A stretch of DNA of 64,000 nt from an uncultured delta proteobacterium (GTDB lineage Bacteria > Myxococcota > B64-G9): contig CAVWHX010000007.1 of NCBI GenBank assembly GCA_963754925.1, positions 32,001-96,000 of the forward strand. Reading direction: 5' to 3'. Shown here in pieces: positions 19,134 through 29,146 of the stretch; within the stretch, counting starts at the first letter, position 1; every line of letters starts with the position of its first letter. Both the position numbers and the translations under genes were made by a program. The notes under the pieces were generated by a model that was not told the origin of the DNA, made no database searches, and saw only the letters and a list, made by a program, of their open reading frames with translations.

Positions 19134-20801
19134 TTATTTTTTGAGTTCGATATCTACATTAAGCACATCACCGCTTCTGACATGAACATCCTGTTTGTAT
19201 GGTTTTCTTCCCGATAGCATGACCCGCAGCATATGGGAATCGTTGGCGCTCACACCGTCTACGAGCAAGGGAGTCTTTCCAGGCACTTCGTTTCCATCAA
19301 GCTCGACGGTCGCGCCTGATGGAACCGTGGTTATATAGATCCATCCACAACCGGCCATGCATTTGTCATGAGGTTGAGCGCCCTTTTCCGATGCCGATTC
19401 TTGCGGCACCGTATGGTTAGTATCAGATGCCTCCTTTGTTGCTGGAGAGTTAACCGTAGGTTTCTCCCCAATTAACACCGGGGCACCCTCTCGTGGCGCA
19501 TGCTGATCGAGGTCGTCGGCATTCTGGGTTGTGCCCGTGTTCAAATTTTTTCCATCCGACTCCCCTAACGTCCAGCGTCCAATCAGGTACCAACCCAGCA
19601 ACCCTCCTATGGCCGTCGCCGTTAGAACACCGCCCACTACCCGCAACCAAGCGGGAACCAAGGACCAGTCCAACTTTTTTTTGGGGACGGAGGCAGCCTC
19701 GGAGGACTTGGCCGAATCCACACACGGCTTGGGCAGTTCCGGCTGCCACGTCCGGCCACTGCCTCCTTGTGAACCCTTGAAGGGACCGTGGGATCGTGCG
19801 TTCGATGATTCCTGAGATGCGGCATCGACTCCGTCGGGTGGATGTTCTCCGTGCTCTGTCCTCCAAAAGGCTGCGGGATCTAAGAGAGAGGGATTTCGAT
19901 CTGGTTCCCGAACAGACAGAGCAGGTTGCTCAGATCGTTCCAAAAAGCCGGCTCCTTTGGCCCGTTGTTGCAAGAAACGTTTCAAGCCATCAATGGGATC
20001 GATCACGCCTTCCTCTTGAAGAAAAGCATTCAACGCCTCCAAGAGATCCCTTGATTGGCCAAACCGGCGTGTCCGATCGGGATTAAGGCACGTCGCAAGT
20101 ATCGATCGAAGATGATCAGAAACCGTTTCCGGCAGATCTTCAAGGGATGCAACCGCATAGGCCCCCTCGGTGCTTTTTGAAACAATGCCGCCGCAGAGAA
20201 GCGCCTTCAACATGCATCCGAGCGAGTAACCATCAGCGCGCTCATCCGGTTTGAGACCGGTAAGAACTTCTGGATCAAACCAGGATGATGCCGTCGGCCC
20301 GTTGAACCACCGGACGACATCACCAAGCAAGAGATGCAATCCAAAATCTTTTATTTTGACGATTCCGGTGGAGGTTATCCAGAGGTGCTGAGGCATAAGG
20401 GCTCCGTGCGGAAGCCCGATGATGCCTGCCGCAGTCAAGCCACGTGCCGCTTGTTCGATGACCATCGCCGCCGGTAGTGGAGGAAAGGTTAATCGACCAA
20501 GAAGACTCATCAGCGTCACATGACGGGGGTATTCCGTCACCACATACAATCCGGTGCGATCGACACCAGTTTCAATGATTTTTAGGAGGTTGGGAGCATC
20601 CACGGCGGACAGATTATTGCTCGTTTCGATAAAGGCGCGCACCCCATGGTGCTCGAACGTCACCTCAGGGCTCAGTCGTTTTAACAGCAGTTGAGGGGCC
20701 TCGGTGTCGGTCTGTAATCGCACCAGTTGAGTTACGAACGGGCCATCGCGCCCGAGCTCTTTCTCGGAACAGTATCTATCTGATACGTCACCGTTACTCA
20801 T
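19134..20801 (-). CDS. Ser/Thr kinase-like (probable pseudokinase) + TM + PEGA domain
   Basis: Kinase fold motifs, but HGALMPQH replaces HRDxxxxN. DFG is retained. C-terminal TTVPSGATVELDG…GKTP (PEGA). Confidence 0.8.
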   Translation of the reverse strand: MSNGDVSDRYCSEKELGRDGPFVTQLVRLQTDTEAPQLLLKRLSPEVTFEHHGVRAFIETSNNLSAVDAPNLLKIIETGVDRTGLYVVTEYPRHVTLMSLLGRLTFPPLPAAMVIEQAARGLTAAGIIGLPHGALMPQHLWITSTGIVKIKDFGLHLLLGDVVRWFNGPTASSWFDPEVLTGLKPDERADGYSLGCMLKALLCGGIVSKSTEGAYAVASLEDLPETVSDHLRSILATCLNPDRTRRFGQSRDLLEALNAFLQEEGVIDPIDGLKRFLQQRAKGAGFLERSEQPALSVREPDRNPSLLDPAAFWRTEHGEHPPDGVDAASQESSNARSHGPFKGSQGGSGRTWQPELPKPCVDSAKSSEAASVPKKKLDWSLVPAWLRVVGGVLTATAIGGLLGWYLIGRWTLGESDGKNLNTGTTQNADDLDQHAPREGAPVLIGEKPTVNSPATKEASDTNHTVPQESASEKGAQPHDKCMAGCGWIYITTVPSGATVELDGNEVPGKTPLLVDGVSANDSHMLRVMLSGRKPYKQDVHVRSGDVLNVDIELKK

Positions 20802-21475
20802 GACTTCTGAATCCTGTTGAGAAACTCCTGCTCGGCCTCGGCCGCTTCCTTTGCAAGCATACGGGCCCGAATATTATGCTCCTGAACAAGCCGAGGAGCC
20901 CAAACTAAATCAACCAGCCAAGAAACAGCCACCGCCACGAGCCCCCACGACGAGCCTTGGTACAGATAGTACGCGACTCCCGTGGCCGAGAGGAGCATCA
21001 GCATGATGCCGAGTTGTGTGTTCCCCGCGTAGAGACTTCCCAGGCCAAGTCCCGGCACGGCCGCGCCGCACCACGCAAGCCATAGAGAACGAACGCGCGT
21101 TTGTTGCGGGCTTACCAGTCCACGCGATCGTGAAAATACCGTTTCGTGCCGAAAAAATCTCCCCTCGTCCTCGTCGTCTTCCTCATGCTCATCGGCCATC
21201 ATTGCGGAAGCGGCCGCTGCTCGAGGGAAACGGTCGGCAGCAGACGCGGGTGACGCTTTCGTTTCATTGAAAAAAATCTCCTGCGCCTGTCGCAAGGTTT
21301 TTTCGGCCTCGTCTTTCCAATCTGTCGGAACCAGCACTATCATTTCATCCTGCGGTCCCCGCGCGGTTCGATGGGGAATGTCATGCTCGCGCAAGGTAGC
21401 GGGCAGCAACTCGCACTCCATGGCGTTTCGGCAAATCGCAACTACTTCAAAAACGAGGTCTGGGTTCTCACTCAT
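20798..21475 (-). CDS. Hypothetical membrane protein (DUF2007-like N-terminus, TM2-like C-terminus)
   Basis: 225-aa ORF with ATGA overlap to the downstream gene. PGLGLGSLYAG followed by TM helices. Confidence 0.6.
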   Translation of the reverse strand: MSENPDLVFEVVAICRNAMECELLPATLREHDIPHRTARGPQDEMIVLVPTDWKDEAEKTLRQAQEIFFNETKASPASAADRFPRAAAASAMMADEHEEDDEDEGRFFRHETVFSRSRGLVSPQQTRVRSLWLAWCGAAVPGLGLGSLYAGNTQLGIMLMLLSATGVAYYLYQGSSWGLVAVAVSWLVDLVWAPRLVQEHNIRARMLAKEAAEAEQEFLNRIQKS

Positions 21476-21652
21476 GAGCGCTTTTTATCATACCATTGGG
21501 TTGCAGAATCGGCGTTATATGTTTTGGTACGCCGTTGCAATGCTTTGACGTCATCATACCTCAATTTTCGCTTTGCGCTTTCAATTTTATGGTGACAGTC
21601 GTAACCTGGTTATGCTACCGTGCGGTCGCTCAAAGGATGGAAGATCGTAACC

Positions 21653-23161
21653 ATGTCAAACGCCAACGTTGAAGCGGTTCCGACTTATTCGGGAGATCTC
21701 TTTCAGGTCAGTATTCCGAAGCTTCTTTTTCACTTTTTTGCCAGTGGTTCAAATGGCCGACTGACGCTTTCACAAGAAAAGACGATAAAAGAGATGTATC
21801 TGGCTCAGGGCAGACCGATAGCCGTTTTGTCCAACCTGCCCCATGAACACCTGAGCAACTATTTGTTCGGCAAGGGTATTCTCACTCCTGAACTGCTCAA
21901 AAAGGTACTAGCCGAGACAGACAATCAGGACGATCGCGTGGGTGACGCAATCCTCCGCGAGAATTTGATGAGTTCACATGAGTTATTCGAGCACCTTCGG
22001 CGCCATGTGCTCGAAAAGATTTACGACCTCTTCCGTTGGCGCACCGGTCAGTACGCATTCTACCAAGGACAAACCTACGCAGGCATCGCCGAAGCAACCG
22101 ATCTTGATCCCTGGCAAATCTTAACCGTCGGGGTGCGCCAGGGATACCAGGGTGATGAACTGCACACGCTGCTTGCGCCGCTGCGCCATCGTACGCTTAC
22201 GGTCAAGAACAACCCGCACGTCAGTCTTGGCCAGCTCGGCCTCTTGCCGTCGGAGCTCAAGGTGTTCAAATCGATTACTGATGCGAGCACGCTGGATGGT
22301 TTGCTCAGGTTATTAGGGGGCTCGGGCGAACGCGATAAGATCGTCCTTGCGGCGACCTACCTGGCTCACGAACTGGACTTGCTCGATGTTGGTCCGGAGT
22401 CGCAGCAGCTTGAGACCAGACCTAACCAGCCGGCCGAGACGACGCTCCCCGACCAACGGGAGCAGGAATTTCAACAGAAGCTCGTGCAACTTAAAGAGCA
22501 AAATTACTTTGAACGACTTGGACTCGATCGCTCGGCCACCTCGACGACCGTCGCCAAGGCCTTCATGAAGAGCGCGCGAACCTATCATCCGGATCAAATT
22601 CCGCTGGCTGCGCCGCCTATCGTCAAACAGTACGCGGCGGAAATTTTTTCCTTACTCAATGAGGCGCAACTGACCTTGAGCAATGATGCAAAACGAAAAA
22701 GTTACCTGCAAGCCATTGAATCAGGCAAAGCGACCGATCAAGTCGATGTCAACAATATCCTTCAGGCCGAAATGCTGTTTTCAAAGGCCGAAACTATGAC
22801 CAAAGCGTCGAGATTTCAGGCGGCGGTCGAGTTACTCGATCAGGCTCTCAAGCTCAATCCCGAGGAAGGAGAATTCCTGGTGTATCGAGGATACGCCAGC
22901 TTTTTCGCTAACCCCCAGCCCAGCCCGAACCATAAGGATTCTTGCATTCAGATGATTAATCAGGGTATGAAGATGCGCCATGATTCTCTCGCGAATGGAT
23001 ATTACTTCACCGGTTTGATTTACAAAGCTTCACGAGACGAAGAGTTATCTAAGGATATGTTTCAGAAGGCTCTTTCACTCGATCGCAACCATATTGAATC
23101 AGCGCGGGAATTGCGCCTCTTGGAGATGCGTAGGGAGAAGAAAGGGCCTCGTAAAAAGTAA
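21653..23161 (+). CDS. DUF4388 + DnaJ + TPR domain protein
   Basis: YSGDL…GRLTL…FRWRTGQYAF (DUF4388), NYFERLGL…YHPD (J domain with HPD), C-terminal TPRs. Confidence 0.85.
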   Translation: MSNANVEAVPTYSGDLFQVSIPKLLFHFFASGSNGRLTLSQEKTIKEMYLAQGRPIAVLSNLPHEHLSNYLFGKGILTPELLKKVLAETDNQDDRVGDAILRENLMSSHELFEHLRRHVLEKIYDLFRWRTGQYAFYQGQTYAGIAEATDLDPWQILTVGVRQGYQGDELHTLLAPLRHRTLTVKNNPHVSLGQLGLLPSELKVFKSITDASTLDGLLRLLGGSGERDKIVLAATYLAHELDLLDVGPESQQLETRPNQPAETTLPDQREQEFQQKLVQLKEQNYFERLGLDRSATSTTVAKAFMKSARTYHPDQIPLAAPPIVKQYAAEIFSLLNEAQLTLSNDAKRKSYLQAIESGKATDQVDVNNILQAEMLFSKAETMTKASRFQAAVELLDQALKLNPEEGEFLVYRGYASFFANPQPSPNHKDSCIQMINQGMKMRHDSLANGYYFTGLIYKASRDEELSKDMFQKALSLDRNHIESARELRLLEMRREKKGPRKK

Positions 23162-23178
23162 TGGGGCGGAGGTGAGAG

Positions 23179-24414
23179 ATGAAGAAATTGAAGGCAATGT
23201 CCCGAAAAGAGCTTCTCGAGCTCGCGCGGGCTCGGGAATTGACCGGATACTCAAGTCTCAATAAATTGGAACTCGCAGCACTACTCGCAAAAAATGTTTC
23301 TAGCTCTAAATCCGAAGCGGTGCTGCCGCAACGAACCAGGTCCCGCACGGTCCCCAGAAAGTCCTCTTCCCCCAAAACCGCCACTCTCCCGCTGGCCACG
23401 ACCGCTGTCGATTTGCCCGCGGCCTATCGTGATGGACGTTTTGTTTTACTGACCCGTGATCCGTTCTGGCTGTATTGCTACTGGGACCTTACTCCCCCTC
23501 AAGAAAAAAAGCTTTGGGCTGGCGAAAACCCGACCCTCCGACTCGTCGAGATTGTCAATCACGAGCAGGAACGTGAACTCAAGCGGTTTGTCCTTTCGCG
23601 CGGGGCTCGCAGTTGGTACCTTCAAGTCGACACGTCGCACAAGTCGTTCCGAGCTGAGCTTGGCCACGTCGACAACCGTGGTCAGTTTGAGTCCGTGGCC
23701 AAGTCCAACGTAACGGACACGCCGCGGGAAACCGTGTCGCCGAATGTGGAAACCCAATTCGCTACGGTACCTCCTCCCCCACCCGCAGCCGGTACTGCCC
23801 CACCGGCGATCACCCGCGGTAGCATGGCTCCCGGTGATCCTACCGTAGGCGAGCGCTCTTCTCGGTCAGAGACATCCTCCGGCAAACCATCATCGCGGGC
23901 GGCATCTTCTCGCCCTGCTTCTACCCAGGAGCGCCGCCTTCGCCCGTATCCTGCTCCGGCGTTACAACCGGTAAGTCCCGCTACCGCTGAGCGCTTTTAC
24001 CAATACTCGGCGGGGGTTCCATCCAAGCAGGTTCGGAGCAGCAATTCAGCCGAAGCCGTGTGGGAACAACAAGAACGACTTGGTCCGCAATTGTTTTCAG
24101 AGGTGCTCCTGTCCGCCACCATCGGGGGGGAGAAATTCCTCCCGGGCAGCCTCTCGCCGGAGAGGGTGACGGCTTTGGGAAAAGATTATTGGCTGGTCGT
24201 CGACACCGATTTGATTGTCTACGGCGCAACGATACCCGGCTCACGAGTCAGCATCCTTGAAACGCCGGTTACGGTCGATGCAGAAGGTCATTTTTCAGCC
24301 CGTTTTACGCTTCCGAACGGCCTGCGTGACATTCCCATCGAGGGATCCTCGCCAGACCAGAAAATTCTCAAAGGAGCGCGTATTCGGGTAGAACGCGCCA
24401 CCTCGCAATGGTAG
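23179..24414 (+). CDS. DUF4912 domain protein with Rho-N-terminal-like HeH
   Basis: ELLELARARELTGYSSLNKLEL, LLTRDPFWLYCYWD, SWYL…AELG…SN, WLVVDTDLIVYGAT. Confidence 0.85.
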   Translation: MKKLKAMSRKELLELARARELTGYSSLNKLELAALLAKNVSSSKSEAVLPQRTRSRTVPRKSSSPKTATLPLATTAVDLPAAYRDGRFVLLTRDPFWLYCYWDLTPPQEKKLWAGENPTLRLVEIVNHEQERELKRFVLSRGARSWYLQVDTSHKSFRAELGHVDNRGQFESVAKSNVTDTPRETVSPNVETQFATVPPPPPAAGTAPPAITRGSMAPGDPTVGERSSRSETSSGKPSSRAASSRPASTQERRLRPYPAPALQPVSPATAERFYQYSAGVPSKQVRSSNSAEAVWEQQERLGPQLFSEVLLSATIGGEKFLPGSLSPERVTALGKDYWLVVDTDLIVYGATIPGSRVSILETPVTVDAEGHFSARFTLPNGLRDIPIEGSSPDQKILKGARIRVERATSQW

Positions 24415-24454
24415 GAGCTAGTCACGAACGGCCTACCAGAAAGGTCTAACGCCG

Positions 24455-26079
24455 GTGGCGAAGGCACACGGGGAGATCGCGGCGCCGGACAACTTGCGCT
24501 GGTTCTCCACGCTCACCTGCCCTTTGTGCGGCATCCCGAACATGAACGTTTCCTGGAAGAAGATTGGCTCTATGAGGCGATCGGCGAATGCTACCTGCCG
24601 TTGCTGGACGTCTTCTTTGGTTTAGTTAACGACGACGTTCCGTTTCAACTAACCCTGGTACTTACCCCAACATTGTTAGCGATGCTGTCCGATACATTGC
24701 TCATTCAGCGCATGGTGCATCACTTCGACCGGTTGCTGGAGCTTGCCGAACGGGAGGTGCTGCGCACCCGCACCGACGAACGGTTTCACCCCTTGGCGCT
24801 CTTTTATCGCGACCACTTCCAGCGCTACCGATCGCTCTTTCAGAACACCTTTCAGTGTGATCTGGTGCGAGCGTTTCGAATGCTTGCGGCCACCGGTCGA
24901 GTGGAGTTGATTACCTCGGCCGCGACCCACGCGTTCCTCCCGCTGCACGCACGCCAACCCGGCGCTGTGAGAGCGCAACTGCGCACCGCGGTGGCAGAGC
25001 ACCAACGGCTCCTCGGCGAGCCGCCATCGGGCATTTGGCTGCCGGAGTGCGGTTACTATGAGGGCTTGGAAGAGATCGTGGCCGACTGCGGCCTCAGCTA
25101 CTTTTTCTGCGATGCGCATGGGTTACTGTTCGGCAATCCGCGCCCGCAATTTGGGGTCTATGCCCCGATCTTTTGTCCCAACGGCGTCGCAGCGTTCGGT
25201 CGCGATCTCACCACCTCACGACAAGTATGGAGCTCGATTGAAGGCTACCCCGGCGATCCGGAGTACCGGGAATTTTATCGCGATATCGGATTCGATCTCG
25301 ATTTGGACTATATTCGACCCTATATCGAGCCGACCGGCAAAAGGAAAACCACCGGTTTTAAGTACTACCGCATCACCGGCCACACCGAGGATAAGCTTCC
25401 CTATCGCCCGACAGATGCTCGCCAGCGCGCACAGGTACACGCCGCCCATTTCCTGTCCGAGCGCATCAAACAGTTTTCAACGCTCACCAAGGATCTGTCC
25501 GCGCTCACGCCGATTGTGGTGGCGCCCTACGACGCCGAGTTGTTCGGACACTGGTGGTTTGAGGGGCCGCTTTTTCTCGATGCGCTGTTTCGAAAAGCGG
25601 CAGCGGCTCCCGGTGTGCAGTTTTGCACCCCCTCACGGTATCGGGCGCACCACAACACCTTGCAGATTGTGCAGCCAGCGCTTTCAAGTTGGGGTCAGCA
25701 CGGGTACAGCGAGGTCTGGCTCAATCAAACCAACGATTGGATATATCCCCATCTCTACTGGGCCGCGGCCGAGATGATCGCGTTAGTCAACCGGTTTCCC
25801 AACGCCACCGGGATAACCCGGCGCGCTCTCAACCAAGCCGGCCGCGAACTGATGCTCGCTCAATCCAGCGACTGGGCCTTCATCATTAACATGGGCACCA
25901 TGGTCGATTACGCGGTGCGCCGCACCAAGGAGCACCTCCTGGCATTTCGCCTTCTACGGGAAGGGCTCCGTGCGGGAAAAATCGATCGCGCCCGCCTTCA
26001 GGAATTGGAAGCGCGTCATAATTTATTTCCGGAATTCGACTACCGCTACTACCGTGACAATCACGGATCATCCACCTGA
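24455..26079 (+). CDS. GH57 family 1,4-alpha-glucan branching enzyme (DUF1957); start codon unresolved
   Basis: GQLALVLHAHLPFVRHPE is in frame upstream of the called GTG. THAFLPL, GIWLPEC, PYDAELFGHWWFEG, AQSSDWAF. The start probably needs a 1-nt correction near 24470. Confidence 0.9.
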
Positions 26080-26085
26080 CCCGTT

Positions 26086-27741
26086 TCACCCCTCCGCCGC
26101 CGCCTCGGTGTTTCCGGCGAAGCGAGCACGGCACGCGCGCCGCTCGGCGGCCCGGCGACCATCGTCCCACCCGCGGCGTGCGCCGATGAAATCCAGCACT
26201 CGATCGAGCGCCGCCTCTCCTGGATGGCCACGGCTGCCGATGGCGGTTCGCCGAAAAAGAACGTCCGTGGCTGAGCACGCCCACTCGGACTGAAGCGCCT
26301 GTTCGACCTCGGCCAGAATTTCGGGTTGATCGCCCACTACCCGCTCTGCCAGCTGAGGATTATTGCGGACCAGATCGAGCACCTGAGTATGACGCGCGCC
26401 ATAGGTGTCGATCAGGTGGTTGAGAACATCTGCCGGCAGCAATGAGCGGGCCGCATCGACACCCGCTCGTCGATATTCTGAAAACGAACCCGCCACCCCG
26501 CCCGGCAGAAGAGTTGCTCCCGTTGCGCAATCGACCGGCGCGCGTCCGAGCCGAGCGAGAATTCTATCGACCAGTTTACGCGCCAAATTGCGGCTGGTGG
26601 TGTATTTGCCGCCGATGGCCGTGAAATATCCGCTCGCGCCCCGATGATGATGGTCGACGATCTCGTACTTGCGCGAGGCTTGATAGACCTGTGTGTCTTG
26701 CTCGACCAAGGGCCGCACCCCGGCGTAGCGGAACCGCACATCGGCTCGTTCGAGGTGCGCCGCAGGATAGGCCGCATTGATCTCGGCCAGAAAATGCCCA
26801 ATATCCTCTTCGGTTGCCGACAAGCTTGCCAGGTCGCCTTGGTATTCCGTGTCGGTCGTGCCAATGAGGCTCAACCCGCGCCAGGGAACGATAAAAAAAT
26901 GGCGCCCCGTCGGGGTGAGCAGGACGACGGCATGGTTGCGACTCAGAGAACGGGTGATGAGGTGGATGCCTTTGGAGCGCTTGAGAACGACCCCGTCGCC
27001 GACGCCGCAGAGCGCGTCGACGGCGTCGGCCCAGGGCCCGGCCACATTTGCCACCGCGCGGGCGCGCACCGCGATCGACGTATTGCTCAGACGATCGACA
27101 AGGCCGATTTGGTCAACGCGTCCCGAACGACACGCGAGTTCGCTCACGGCAAGGTAATTGTGCACCGACGCTCCGCGTAGGGCGGCTGCGAGAATAAACT
27201 CAAGACACAGCCGTTCCGGCTCGCACTGGCAGTCGTAATACACCGCTCCCCCCGTGAGACCATTTGGATTGACGTGCGGTTCTTGATCGAGAACCTGAGC
27301 CGGAGAAAGCATCCGGTGGCGCGGAATCCGTCGTTCGGGATCCGGAATGTTCGCGCGATCGAACGAGAGCGCGTCGTACGCGAGCATGCCGGCCAGAATC
27401 AGGAGGCGCCGATTGGCACCGGTGCGATAGGTGGGAATGAGAAACGGCAGCGGCCGCACCAAATGCGGGGCGATGACCTGAAAATAACGCCGTTCGCGCA
27501 GGCTTTCACGCACCAAACCAACCTCCGCGTTTTTAAGATAGCGCAGCCCGCCGTGAATCAATTTTGAGGAGGCAGAGGTCGTCGCCGAACCAAAATCCGA
27601 ACGCTCCGCCAGCAACACCTTGAGTCCGCGCAGGGTGGCATCCCATGCCACCGCCGCGCCGGTTATCCCGCCGCCGATGACCAACAGGTCGAATACTTCC
27701 CGCTCAAGTTTGCTCAGATCGCGCTCGTTTGCGTATGCCAC
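26086..27741 (-). CDS. glpD: FAD-dependent glycerol-3-phosphate dehydrogenase/oxidase
   Basis: DLLVIGGGITG, TTSASSKLIHGGLRYL, SKGIHL, IGTTDT, YAGVRPL, GGKYTT. Confidence 0.9.
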   Translation of the reverse strand: MAYANERDLSKLEREVFDLLVIGGGITGAAVAWDATLRGLKVLLAERSDFGSATTSASSKLIHGGLRYLKNAEVGLVRESLRERRYFQVIAPHLVRPLPFLIPTYRTGANRRLLILAGMLAYDALSFDRANIPDPERRIPRHRMLSPAQVLDQEPHVNPNGLTGGAVYYDCQCEPERLCLEFILAAALRGASVHNYLAVSELACRSGRVDQIGLVDRLSNTSIAVRARAVANVAGPWADAVDALCGVGDGVVLKRSKGIHLITRSLSRNHAVVLLTPTGRHFFIVPWRGLSLIGTTDTEYQGDLASLSATEEDIGHFLAEINAAYPAAHLERADVRFRYAGVRPLVEQDTQVYQASRKYEIVDHHHRGASGYFTAIGGKYTTSRNLARKLVDRILARLGRAPVDCATGATLLPGGVAGSFSEYRRAGVDAARSLLPADVLNHLIDTYGARHTQVLDLVRNNPQLAERVVGDQPEILAEVEQALQSEWACSATDVLFRRTAIGSRGHPGEAALDRVLDFIGARRGWDDGRRAAERRACRARFAGNTEAAAEG

Positions 27742-27765
27742 CGCATTCTCCTTACCTGCGCAAAT

Positions 27766-29125
27766 CTACACCGCCGACAGAAGCCTTTTGGAAGCCAGCC
27801 GAGCACCCTCGGCGATTTTCATCTCGTCCATCCGGACCAGGTGCTGGTCACGCACGACCACGCGGCCATTCACGAGCACCGTATCGGCTCGCTGATCGAC
27901 CCCGCACAACAGCAGTGCGGCGGCCGGGTCGCTCAAAGCGCCCGCATAGGCAAGTCCCGTTAAATCAAAGAGAGCCAGATCCGCCGCCATTCCGGTGCGA
28001 ATGGCCCCGAGGTCGCTGCGACCCAGCACCTGGGCTCCGCCGGTGCACGCCATGCGGAAAACACGGCGCACCGGCATGGCATCGACAGCGGTGCCCACCC
28101 GATGAATCAGCAACGACATCTGTAGCTCGCGCAGCATGTTCGAGGAGTCGTTTGACGCGCTGCCGTCGACGGCCAGCCCCACCGGGACACCGGCGTCGAG
28201 CATGGCCGGTATGGGCGCGATGCCGGAACCCAATCGAAGGTTCGAGGTGGGGCAATGCGCAACCCCCGTTTGGGTTTTACGCAGGAGGTCAATCTCCGCA
28301 GCGGTAAGAAACACCGCATGCGCAAACCATACATCCGGACCGAGCCAACCAAGCTCATCGGCATAGGCGAGCGGCCGTTTTCCGAAGCGTTCCTGACAAT
28401 AGCGCTCCTCGTCCATGGTTTCGGCGAGATGCGTATGGAGCCGAACCTTTCTTCTGACGAGCCAGTTCGGCCACCGAACGCATCAACGACGGCGTTACCG
28501 AAAACGGCGAGCAGGGCGCAAGCGACACCTGGCAGCACGAGAATGGTCGGGGATCGTGAAAGGCATCGATCACGCGGTCGCAGTCGGTCAGGATCTCGTC
28601 TTCATCTTGTATGACCGACTCGGGCGGCAGACCTCCCGAGCCTCGACCGAGGCTCATGCTTCCGCGTGAGAGGTGCAAACGAATGCCGAGCTCCCGCGCG
28701 GCTTGCGCCTCGGCCGCGAAAAGATCCCCCTCAATATCCTTGGGCACTAAATAATGGTGGTCGGCCGCGGTGGTGCAGCCGGTAAGCAAGAGCTCGCCGA
28801 GGCCTGCCAACGCCGCAGCATACAGATCAGCTGCCGTGAGGCGTTTCCAAATATCGTACAGATAGGTAAGCCAATCGAAGAGCTTTGCGTCCTGAACCGC
28901 CGGGAGGCAACGGGTAAGCACCTGAAACAGGTGGTGGTGGGTGTTAATGAAACCCGGCGTCAGAAGCTTGCCGGTAGCGTCAATAATCTCATCGGCCGCA
29001 ACGTCGAGGTTTCTGCCCACCGCTGCGATGGCGGGGCCGTCTGTCAGGACATCGCCGCCTCTGATCTCGCCAATCGTATCTAAGGTGAGAACCGCCAACG
29101 CATTTTTTATCAGAATGCGGGCCAT
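27766..29125 (-). CDS. 8-oxoguanine deaminase-like amidohydrolase, +1 frameshift near 28448
   Basis: PGFINTHHHLFQ, GCTTAADHHY, APCSPFSV. After removing one base it continues …KKVRLHTHLAET into WFAH, HCPTSNLRLGSG, AVDGSASND. Confidence 0.88.
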
Positions 29126-29146
29126 GGGTGGCTCGGACTGCCCCGG

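Noticed and set aside
24412..24414. Genome-wide TAG recoding (pyrrolysine or alternative code)
   Set aside because: TAG is a normal stop elsewhere (6904, 17711, 38357), and no pyl genes are visible.
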